From: Phycisphaerales bacterium
GTDB lineage: Bacteria; Planctomycetota; Phycisphaerae; Phycisphaerales; UBA1924
Reading direction: 5' to 3'
Length of the DNA stretch: 36,863 nucleotides
NCBI GenBank assembly: GCA_030680655.1
Contig: JAUXUZ010000472.1
Span: 1-36,863, forward strand
In this document: piece by piece, positions 1-8,987 of the stretch
Layout of the letters: the number at the start of each line of letters is the position of its first letter
Numbering within the stretch: the stretch's first letter is position 1
Program-made: the position numbers and the translations under genes
Notes under the pieces: generated by a model
The model's database searches: none
The model's input: the letters and a program-made list of their open reading frames with translations, nothing else
Told to the model about the DNA's origin: nothing

Positions 1-1632
<1,632 letters not shown>

Positions 1633-1710
1633 CGCGGTCCTCGGGGGGGTCTGGAGGGGCAATTCTGGGGCTGGACTGTCGGGCGCGCGGCCGTGCGCGC
1701 AAACTCCGCG

Positions 1711-1739
1711 ACATTACGCACGCACCCGGCGGATGTCAC
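1711..1739 (-). promoter_or_regulatory. Candidate sigma70-type promoter for carB
   Basis: On the minus strand, GTGACA (1739-1734), a 17-nt spacer, then TAATGT (1716-1711), about 75 nt upstream of the carB ATG. Match by eye only. Confidence 0.25.
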
Positions 1740-1765
1740 GCCGGGGCGGGGCTGGTGCCAATGAA

Positions 1766-1805
1766 ATGGGTCCTATGGGTCCTATACGACCCATAGGACC
1801 TATGG
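1766..1805. repeat. Interlocking array of the 10-mer GGTCCTATGG / CCATAGGACC forming a perfect 13-bp hairpin
   Basis: 1769-1781 GGTCCTATGGGTC pairs perfectly with 1788-1800 GACCCATAGGACC, with loop CTATAC. There is a second direct partial copy at 1778-1786, and CCATAGGACCTATGG (1791-1805) is itself a 7-1-7 palindrome. The array lies between the L,D-transpeptidase stop (1854) and the carB promoter region. On the minus strand the hairpin is followed by CATTTCATT. Confidence 0.6.
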
Positions 1806-1853
1806 CTTGTAGTCAGTCCGCGGCGGGCGGGACGCCCACCCCGCCGTTTCAGA

Positions 1854-3251
1854 TCACGGCACGATCTTGACCGTCGAAAGCCGGTCGATCAGCAACTCGT
1901 AGACCATCTCAACATCGGCGGGTGCCAGGCGGATGCACCCCATGCTCTTCTGCTGACCGATCGAGTCGGTGTCGATGGTCCCGTGGATGCCGTAGCCGGT
2001 GAACTTGCGGGTGTTCTCGTCCACGCCCTCGAGCCCGATCCAGTGCTCGCCGATGGGGTTCTTTGCGTCGTCTGGCTGAAAGACCTCACCGGTGCGGGGG
2101 TTGACCCACTTGGGGTTGATCAGCTTGCTGTCAACGCGCACCACAAACGCTCCCTCGGGGGTGCCGTTGCTCTCGCCCAGCCCGACGGGGAACGAACGGA
2201 TGTACGTCCAGCCGGCTTCCTGGCCGTCGGGCCCGGGTGAGCTGCTCACGCCGGGGGGGCCGGCGTAGACGTCCATGCGGTAGCTGTTCTTGTGCACCAC
2301 CGCGTGCATCGGCTGGCGGACGATCTTGAGCTTCTGCCCGATCCGCAGCGCGTTCTCGCTGGGCATCTTGTTGATGCGCACCAGCAGACGCCAGTCGATC
2401 GGCAGGCCCTCCTTGCGGACGATGCGCCCGAGCGTCTCGCCGCTGGTCACCGCGTGCACGTCGGTGAGCGGGTCACCCTTGAAGGCGGTGGGGGAGAAGA
2501 AGAGCGTCTCGTTGACCTTGGCGATCTGAGCGCGGAGGGTGCTCCGCGACTCAAAGCCGAGCGCCGGGTTCATCAGCGCATCGTTGAGCAGCGTGCGTGC
2601 CTCGACCGGGCGGTTCTGCTGGATCAACTGGGCCGCCTGATCAACCAGCCCCTGCACGTTGCCGCCGCTGGTGGGGGCGAACCCAGACTTGGGATCGTTG
2701 AGCGGGTCGGCCGACGGCATCGCGGCGGCCGGAGAAGGAGGCACCGCGGCGGCGGGCTGCCCGCCGACGACGGGCGCAACGGGAGTCGCCGGAGGGGGTG
2801 TCTGCGTGCCCGACTGGGCGAGCAGGTCGTCCAGCGATGCGCCCGGCGCGGGCTTGGGCGCAAGCGCAGGCTCGTTGAGCGTGCGCATCGAGATGTTGGC
2901 AGGCGCCGGCTGAGCCTGGCCCAGCGGCTTGGCGGCAACATCGGGCGGCTGGTCGGCGGGGATAAACGTGTCAGACGGCGGCTGTGCCCCGTTGACTGTG
3001 GCGGGTGTGCCCGAGCCTGCCCGGAAGTAGAACCAGGCGCCGACGGCCACGGCCAGCGCCAATCCGGCGGCAAAGACCGGCTTGTGCCTGCGCACCAGGG
3101 CGACCAGAGCGCCCAACGGTGATGAGCCCGACGAGCCGGATGAGCGCCAGGTCTCGGCGCGGGACGTCTGCGAGGGAAGAGCCATTGAGGCCTCCATGAA
3201 GGGTCGTTCGACAGCGCGGGCGTTCCATCGCCCCGAGTCGGTCGATCCCAC
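1854..3251 (-). CDS. LysM-domain L,D-transpeptidase (YkuD family) with N-terminal membrane anchor and Pro/Ala-rich linker
   Basis: LysM-like segment VTSGETLGRIVRKEGLPIDWRLLVRINKMPSENALRIGQKLKIV. YkuD catalytic motif YGIHGT...SMGCIRL near the C-terminus. TM helix PVFAAGLALAVAVGAWFYF. Start uncertain: GTG at 3251, or ATG at 3197 or 3185. Confidence 0.85.
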   Translation of the reverse strand: MGSTDSGRWNARAVERPFMEASMALPSQTSRAETWRSSGSSGSSPLGALVALVRRHKPVFAAGLALAVAVGAWFYFRAGSGTPATVNGAQPPSDTFIPADQPPDVAAKPLGQAQPAPANISMRTLNEPALAPKPAPGASLDDLLAQSGTQTPPPATPVAPVVGGQPAAAVPPSPAAAMPSADPLNDPKSGFAPTSGGNVQGLVDQAAQLIQQNRPVEARTLLNDALMNPALGFESRSTLRAQIAKVNETLFFSPTAFKGDPLTDVHAVTSGETLGRIVRKEGLPIDWRLLVRINKMPSENALRIGQKLKIVRQPMHAVVHKNSYRMDVYAGPPGVSSSPGPDGQEAGWTYIRSFPVGLGESNGTPEGAFVVRVDSKLINPKWVNPRTGEVFQPDDAKNPIGEHWIGLEGVDENTRKFTGYGIHGTIDTDSIGQQKSMGCIRLAPADVEMVYELLIDRLSTVKIVP

Positions 3252-3403
3252 CCTGATCGGCCGCGTGGGAGGGTAGAACGTAGATTTTGCCCTTGGAAGA
3301 ACCTAAAGACGGCCCGGGCGGCTCTGATCGAGCGGTGCGGGATCAAACGGCGGCGCCCCGGCTGCACGGAAGTACCAACCGGTGATGCAAGGGCCATCCC
3401 CGT

Positions 3404-3988
3404 CTACGAACGCGCCTCGGGGGCAAACACAACTTCCGAGACCACTTCATCGTGCGGCAGCAGCGGGACCTCATCGACCCGCTGGCACCGGTAGCAGACC
3501 CCGATGCGGTGGTGGATCGGTATCTGGGCAAGGTAGCGGTCATAAAAACCGCCGCCGCGCCCCAATCGCACGCCCGTGGGCGAGAACGCCACCCCGGGCA
3601 CCACAACAAGGTGGATCGACGAGGCGTCGTAGACCAGCGCATCGTCGCGGGGCACGGTCAGGCCCCGGTGGTCTTTCACCAGGTCGCCCGGCCAGTCCTG
3701 CACCAGGGCGCCGACCATCGACCGCTCGTTCCAGTTGACGCGCGGCAGCAGCAGGGTCTTGCCGCGGGCGAGCGCGTGCTTGGCAACGGGCTCGATGCGG
3801 GGCTCGCCGTCGAGGGGGGCAAAGAGCAGCACCACGCGAGCGCGCTCGTAGAGGTCGAGTTTGATTATCTTCGCGCAGATGTCGGTCGATTCGGCCGCCT
3901 TCTGCTGCGGCGTCATGGCCGCAAGTGCAGCGCGCACCTTCGTGCGGAGCGCGGCCTTGACGGCTTCGGGGTCAGGCTTGCGGTTCAT
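3404..3988 (-). CDS. 5-formyltetrahydrofolate cyclo-ligase family protein
   Basis: C-terminal signature VVPGVAFSPTGVRLGRGGGFYDRYL and LLLPRV. I chose ATG 3988 (MNRKPDPEAVKAALR), preceded by GGTGGAG ~9 nt upstream; the track start at 4066 would lie deep inside rarA. It overlaps the rarA 3' end by 17 nt. Confidence 0.8.
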   Translation of the reverse strand: MNRKPDPEAVKAALRTKVRAALAAMTPQQKAAESTDICAKIIKLDLYERARVVLLFAPLDGEPRIEPVAKHALARGKTLLLPRVNWNERSMVGALVQDWPGDLVKDHRGLTVPRDDALVYDASSIHLVVVPGVAFSPTGVRLGRGGGFYDRYLAQIPIHHRIGVCYRCQRVDEVPLLPHDEVVSEVVFAPEARS

Positions 3989-5456
3989 CGGGGGCAACTC
4001 CACCGCGGAGGCGGTCGCGCTCGGCACGCACGGCGTCGAGGCGCTCCTTGAGGAGTTTTTCGACACCGCGCTCGGTCGGCCTGTAGTAACGCCTGCTGAC
4101 GCCGAGGTAGTCCTGGCTCGTCACGCCGCCGACTTCGCCGGCGGCGCCACCGGTCTGTGCATCGTGGGCGTACCGGTACCCCTCACCCTTGCCCGAGCCC
4201 CCCTTCTGGTGCGACTTGCGGACGTTGCCGTCTTTGATGTGCACCGGCACGGCCACGGTGCGCCCCTGCTTGACGTCGGCCATCGCTTCGTCGATGGCGA
4301 GGTAGCTGGCGTTGCTCTTGGGTGCCAGGGCGAGGTAGATCGCGCACTGGCTCAGGATGATGCGGCACTCGGGCATGCCGACGCGTTCGGTGAGCGACCA
4401 CGCCGCCTCGGCCACCATGATGCCGCGGGGGTCGGCGTTGCCGATGTCCTCAGAGGCGAGAATGGCCAGCCGGCGGGCAATGAAACGCGGGTCCTCGCCT
4501 GCGTCGAGCATGCGGGCCATCCAGTAGACGGCGGCGTCGGGGTCGCTGCCGCGGACGGACTTGATCATCGCCGAGATGGTGTCGTAGTGCTCGTCGCCCG
4601 AGCCGTCGTAGACCGCGGCCTTCTGCTGGATGGACTCTTCGGCGACGGCGCGGGTGAGGTGGATGGGTACCTCCACGCTCCGCGTGGAGTCTTGTGTGTT
4701 CACCTCGCGGAGCGAGGTGGTACCCGAAGGCGCAGAGCTCAGCACCGCGACCTCAAGCGCTGTGAGCGCGCGCCGGGCGTCGCCGTCGCACAGCCGTGCC
4801 CAGACGGCGAGGGCTTCGTCGTCGGCCCGGATAGAGAGGTTGCCGTACCCGCGTTCCTTGTCGCCGATCGCGCGCCGCAGCAGCCCGGTGATGTCCTCTT
4901 CGGTCAGGGGTTCAAAGCGCAGCAGCGTGCTGCGGCTCACCAGCGCAGAATTGACGGCGAAGAGCGGGTTCTCGGTTGTAGCGCCGACGAGGATGATCAC
5001 GCCGCGCTCCACCTCGCCCAGCAGCACATCCTGCTGCGACTTGGAGAAGCGGTGGATCTCGTCAAGGAAGAGGATCGTCGATTTCCCGGCGTCACCCTGC
5101 GCCGAGCCGTCGCCGATGCGGCGCTCCGCCTGCGCGATGATCTCGCGGATGCGCGCGACGCCGACGCTCGAGGCGTTCTCTCGCTCGACGGGCCGGCCCA
5201 TCACGCGGGCGATGACCTCGGCGAGGGTGGTCTTGCCCGTGCCGGGAGGGCCGTACAGGAGCAGGCTGGTGAGCTTGTCGGCGGCGATCATGCGGCGGAG
5301 GAGCTTCCCCTCGCCGAGGATGTGCTGCTGCCCGGCGAACTCGTCGAGGGTGCGCGGGCGCATGCGGACCGCCAGCGGCTCAACCGCTCTGACACGCTGA
5401 TGCCGGCGCTGGGCCCACAGGTCAGACACGCGGGGAGCGTAGACGGCTCTCCCCAT
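3972..5456 (-). CDS. rarA: Replication-associated recombination protein A (AAA+ ATPase)
   Basis: PLAVRMRPRTLDEFAGQQHILGEGKLLRRMI, Walker A LLYGPPGTGKTTLAEVIA, Walker B ILFLDEIHRF and C-terminal MgsA-type region AVYWMARMLDAGEDPRFIARRL. Start chosen at ATG 5456, preceded by GGAAAGGGGGA. In-frame ATGs at 5477 and 5483 are alternatives. The track start at 5672 would overlap the divergent gene. Confidence 0.9.
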   Translation of the reverse strand: MGRAVYAPRVSDLWAQRRHQRVRAVEPLAVRMRPRTLDEFAGQQHILGEGKLLRRMIAADKLTSLLLYGPPGTGKTTLAEVIARVMGRPVERENASSVGVARIREIIAQAERRIGDGSAQGDAGKSTILFLDEIHRFSKSQQDVLLGEVERGVIILVGATTENPLFAVNSALVSRSTLLRFEPLTEEDITGLLRRAIGDKERGYGNLSIRADDEALAVWARLCDGDARRALTALEVAVLSSAPSGTTSLREVNTQDSTRSVEVPIHLTRAVAEESIQQKAAVYDGSGDEHYDTISAMIKSVRGSDPDAAVYWMARMLDAGEDPRFIARRLAILASEDIGNADPRGIMVAEAAWSLTERVGMPECRIILSQCAIYLALAPKSNASYLAIDEAMADVKQGRTVAVPVHIKDGNVRKSHQKGGSGKGEGYRYAHDAQTGGAAGEVGGVTSQDYLGVSRRYYRPTERGVEKLLKERLDAVRAERDRLRGGVAPDEPQA

Positions 5457-5481
5457 TCCCCCTTTCCTACCCTGCATCCCC

Positions 5482-6813
5482 ATGGCCCGCTCTGTCGTTA
5501 TCACCGGTCTCGGCGTTGTCTCACCCTTTGGGGCGGGCGCTGCGGCGTTCTGGCAGGGGCTTGTGGAGGGCAAGTCGGCGGTGGTGCCGATCACCCGCTT
5601 CGACCCTTCGGGGTTCGCGTGCAGGCTGGGGGGTGAGGTCACCGGTTTCTCGGCCAAGGACTCGGTCCCCAAGCACTACCGCAAAGCGGTCAAGGTGATG
5701 GCCCGTGACATCGAGCTGGCGGTGGGCGCCGCGAAGGAAGCGTGCGAGGACGCGAAGCTGGTGACGCGCGGCACGTTGGCTGAAGACTCGACCGATCCAA
5801 CCACCTACCCGGGCGCGCGGATGGGCTGCCACATCGGCGCGGGCTTGATCTCCGCCGAGAGCGACGAGCTGACCGCGGCGTTCGCAACCGCCCGCGGCGA
5901 GGATGGGGCGGTCGACCTGTCGGCCTGGGGCTCGCGCGGGATGGAGAACCTCACGCCCCTGTGGATGCTCAAGTACCTCCCCAACATGCTGGCGTGCCAC
6001 GTCACGATCATCCACGGGTGCGAGGGCCCGAGCAACACGATCACCTGCGCCGAAGCGTCGGGCCTCCTGAGCGTGGCCGAGAGCGCGCGCGTCATCGAAC
6101 GCGGCGCTGCGGACATCTGCTTCAGCGGATCGGCCGAGAGCAAGCTGAGCCTGATGGGCATGGTGCGCACGCAGTACGCGGGGCGGCTGGGAACGGCCGG
6201 CACCGGCGAGGCGACCAGCGGGGGCCAGTGCGTGAAGGCGTTCGATCCGGCGGGCGCGTGCGGCGCACCCGCGGAAGGGGGCGCGATCCTCATCCTTGAA
6301 GAGGCGGCCTCGGCCGCCCGGCGCGGCGTGCCGGTGTATGCACGCATCAGCGGGACCGGCGCGGGTCATTCCGCGCGTCGGCCGTACGAGGGCGACGGAC
6401 AGCCCGACCTTGGCCTGCAGGCCGCGATCGAGAACGCGCTGGATGATGCTGGCCTGACCCCCGCCGACATCGACGCGCTGGTGCTGATGGGAACGGGCGT
6501 CGCGGGCATTGACCTCGCCGAGGCCGGCGCGGTGAGCGCGGTGTTCGGCGCAAAGGCCGCGACGCTGCCGGTCGTCACGCTGGGGGCGGCCATCGGCAAC
6601 ACCATGGCGGGCAACGCCAGCCTGCTGGCCGCGGCGGGTGCGCTGTGCGTCAGGCACCAGCGCGTGCCAGCGCGGCTGAACGCCGGGAGCCCGGTGCTGG
6701 CGGGCGCAAAGGGGGATTCTGCCGCCATGAAGATCAAGCACGTGCTGGTGGCGACGTCGAGCCTGGGCGGGCAGAACGCCGCGGCGGTGCTGTCAGACCC
6801 AGGGCTCCAATAA
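5482..6813 (+). CDS. Beta-ketoacyl synthase-fold protein lacking the catalytic Cys/His/His triad (CLF-like pseudo-ketosynthase)
   Basis: Canonical KAS N-terminus MARSVVITGLGVVSPFGAG. Ungapped comparison with the neighbouring true KS and with remembered E. coli FabF motifs gives: GPSNTITCAEASG vs GPxxxxxTACxxS/G (Cys position = Glu); LMGTGVAGIDLAEAGAVSAVFG vs AHGTGTKENDKLETAAVKAVFG (His -> Met); GAAIGN vs KSMLGH (Lys -> Gly, His -> Asn). Confidence 0.85.
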   Translation: MARSVVITGLGVVSPFGAGAAAFWQGLVEGKSAVVPITRFDPSGFACRLGGEVTGFSAKDSVPKHYRKAVKVMARDIELAVGAAKEACEDAKLVTRGTLAEDSTDPTTYPGARMGCHIGAGLISAESDELTAAFATARGEDGAVDLSAWGSRGMENLTPLWMLKYLPNMLACHVTIIHGCEGPSNTITCAEASGLLSVAESARVIERGAADICFSGSAESKLSLMGMVRTQYAGRLGTAGTGEATSGGQCVKAFDPAGACGAPAEGGAILILEEAASAARRGVPVYARISGTGAGHSARRPYEGDGQPDLGLQAAIENALDDAGLTPADIDALVLMGTGVAGIDLAEAGAVSAVFGAKAATLPVVTLGAAIGNTMAGNASLLAAAGALCVRHQRVPARLNAGSPVLAGAKGDSAAMKIKHVLVATSSLGGQNAAAVLSDPGLQ

Positions 6814-6888
6814 TCAAGCCGGCCGGCCGCTGGCTGTTCACCCGTTCCCGGTTCAGTGACCGCTCACAGCTTCTACAGGAGACTTCGC

Positions 6889-7419
6889 ATGTACGACGAA
6901 CGCAGGCGCACCGGACCTTCATCAGGCAGCGGACCCGGAGGGGGAGGCAGGCGCGGCGTGCCGCTCTCGGAGCTCGACCCAGCGCTCACGGCCGTCTCGC
7001 ACAAGGTCATCGGCTGCGCGCGCGATGTGCACGTGACGATGGGCCAGGGCCACGACAAGGCGGTCTACATCGAAGCGCTGAAGAAGGAGTTCGCGACCCA
7101 GGGCATCGCCTTTGAGGCCGGGGTCTCCTTCCCCGTAAAGTTCAAGGACCACGCTGTCGGATCAACGGGGACGGACCTGTACGTTGACGGCCGGTTCCTC
7201 ATTGAGGTCCTGAGCCAGCCGGGCGAGGTCGACTCGTGGCAGCGGCTGCAGCTCCGCGCCAAGCTCAAGGCCGCGGACGTTGACCTGGGCCTGATCCTCA
7301 ACTTCGGCGGGCGGCTGATGAAGGACGGTCTGGTGCGCGTGCTGAACCCCGACAAGATCAAGGGTCTGCAGGGCGAAGGCGATGCGCCCGCCGGCGACTT
7401 TGACGGGAACCTGCATTGA
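6889..7419 (+). CDS. GxxExxY-family (PD-(D/E)XK nuclease fold) protein with degenerate motifs
   Basis: LTAVSHKVIGCARDVHVTMGQGHDKAVYIEALKKEFATQGIAFEAGVSFPVKFKDHAVG...DLYVDGRFLIEVLS...LRAKLKAADVDLGLILNFGG matches the family layout I remember. The motif reads GHDKAVY (E -> K) and the ExK position reads EVL. AGGAG lies 8 nt upstream of ATG 6889. Confidence 0.65.
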   Translation: MYDERRRTGPSSGSGPGGGGRRGVPLSELDPALTAVSHKVIGCARDVHVTMGQGHDKAVYIEALKKEFATQGIAFEAGVSFPVKFKDHAVGSTGTDLYVDGRFLIEVLSQPGEVDSWQRLQLRAKLKAADVDLGLILNFGGRLMKDGLVRVLNPDKIKGLQGEGDAPAGDFDGNLH

Positions 7420-7450
7420 CCGGCAAGGCACCAGCGAGGGCAGCAGAGCG

Positions 7451-8779
7451 ATGAGCCGCAAGGTTGTCATCACGGGCATGGGTTGGATCACCCCGCTGGG
7501 GCACGACGTGCTCACGGTGTGGGATGCGCTGCTGAAAGGGCAGTGCGGCATGGGCGCGGTCGAGCGCTTCGACGCCCGCTCGTTCCGCACGAACTTCGCC
7601 TCGCAGGTGAAGGGGTTCAACCTGAAGAACTTCATGCCCGCCGGCGATGCCGAGTCCCACGCCGACGCGACGATGAGCTCGAAGTTCGCGCTGGCCGCAG
7701 CGCGTCAGGCCGTGCGTCAGGCCGGGCTTGACAAGAGCGGCTCGTTCAACCCGCGTCGCTTCGGGATCTACCTCGGCGCGGGCGAGGGTGCGATGGACTT
7801 CGCCAACTACTCCGCCTCGCACCTTGCGGGTTGGAACGAGCAGACCCGGCGCGTCGAGGGCAAGCCCTTCGCCCAGGCGGCCCTGCAGCGCCTGACCGTG
7901 CCGTGCGAGACGGAGCAGGAGCCCAACCTCACGGTGAGCCACGTCGCGTGGGACCTGGGCATCCGCGGGCCGGCGAGCAACTGCATGACGGCCTGCGCCG
8001 CCAGCACGCAGGCGATCGGTGAGGCGCTGGAGCTCATCCGCCGCGGCGATGCCGATGTGATGCTCGCCGGCGGCGCCCACTCGATGATCCACCCCCTGGG
8101 CATGACCGGCTTCATCCGCCTCACTGCCATGAGCCAGCGCCGCGACGACCCGCAGACGGCGGCCCGCCCCTTCGACGCCACCCGCGACGGCTTCGTGATG
8201 GGTGAAGGCGCGGCGATGGTCGTGCTCGAGAGCGAGGACCACGCCAAAGCGCGCGGCGCCACGCCCCTGGCCGAGGTCGCCGGGTACGGCAGCACCGCCG
8301 ATGCGTTCCGCATCACCGACATCGCCCCCGAGCACCGCGGCGCGCAGGAGAGCATCAAGGCGGCGCTGCGCCAGGCGGGCGTCGACCCGCGCGAGCCTGG
8401 CGCCGGCGGGCGCTCGAGCGTCCACTACTTCTGCGCACACGGCACCGGCACCAAAGAGAACGACAAGCTCGAGACCGCCGCCGTCAAAGCAGTCTTCGGA
8501 CCCCTGGCGCCCTCGGTGCCGTTCTCGAGCGTCAAGAGCATGCTGGGCCACCTGATTCAGGCTGCGGGCGCGGCGGGGGCCATCGTCTGCGTACAGGCCA
8601 TCCGCACCGGCTGGGTGCCGCCGACGATCAACCTGCACCACCCCGACCCGCTCTGCGACCTCGACCACGTGCCAAACGTCGCCCGCGACCTCAACCCGGT
8701 CGGTGGTGTGAGGGTCTGCCTGAACAACTCCGCCGGTTTCGGCGGCCAGAACGACACCATCTGCATCCGCGCCGTGTGA
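7451..8779 (+). CDS. fabF: Beta-ketoacyl-ACP synthase II-type enzyme (catalytic triad intact)
   Basis: MSRKVVITGMGWITPLGHDV; active-site Cys in NCMTACAASTQAIGEA; His motifs CAHGTGTKENDKLE and SSVKSMLGHLIQAAGA; C-terminal NSAGFGGQNDTICI. Start ATG 7451; the track start at 7382 overlaps the previous gene. Confidence 0.9.
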   Translation: MSRKVVITGMGWITPLGHDVLTVWDALLKGQCGMGAVERFDARSFRTNFASQVKGFNLKNFMPAGDAESHADATMSSKFALAAARQAVRQAGLDKSGSFNPRRFGIYLGAGEGAMDFANYSASHLAGWNEQTRRVEGKPFAQAALQRLTVPCETEQEPNLTVSHVAWDLGIRGPASNCMTACAASTQAIGEALELIRRGDADVMLAGGAHSMIHPLGMTGFIRLTAMSQRRDDPQTAARPFDATRDGFVMGEGAAMVVLESEDHAKARGATPLAEVAGYGSTADAFRITDIAPEHRGAQESIKAALRQAGVDPREPGAGGRSSVHYFCAHGTGTKENDKLETAAVKAVFGPLAPSVPFSSVKSMLGHLIQAAGAAGAIVCVQAIRTGWVPPTINLHHPDPLCDLDHVPNVARDLNPVGGVRVCLNNSAGFGGQNDTICIRAV

Positions 8780-8987
8780 GCGGCCCTCGGCCGCGCAGCG
8801 CTGCCGCCGCTGCCGCCGGTGCGGCGCGCGGCCGTGGGTCACCGTGGTTATCAGCCCGATGCACCCTGTTTCGATGCCCCGCGGCAGCGTTCCGCGCAGG
8901 CGTTACAGGTTAACAGTGAAGATCGAACGGTCGGTTGCCCCTCACTCCATGTGTATTGGAAGGTTGCGCATCGGAGGAGCAATCACC

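Noticed and set aside
8844-8987. N-terminal extension of the 428-aa protein (track start 8844), and similar long extensions at 10693 (glyQS), 16524 (nosD), 19752 (nosL), 22223 (HAAS protein), 28623 (bcp), 6856 (GxxExxY gene) and 7382 (fabF)
   Set aside because: The extensions overlap upstream genes or lack an RBS and add non-homologous Arg/Pro-rich sequence. Internal starts have SD sites or 4-nt coupling overlaps and match the canonical family N-termini.
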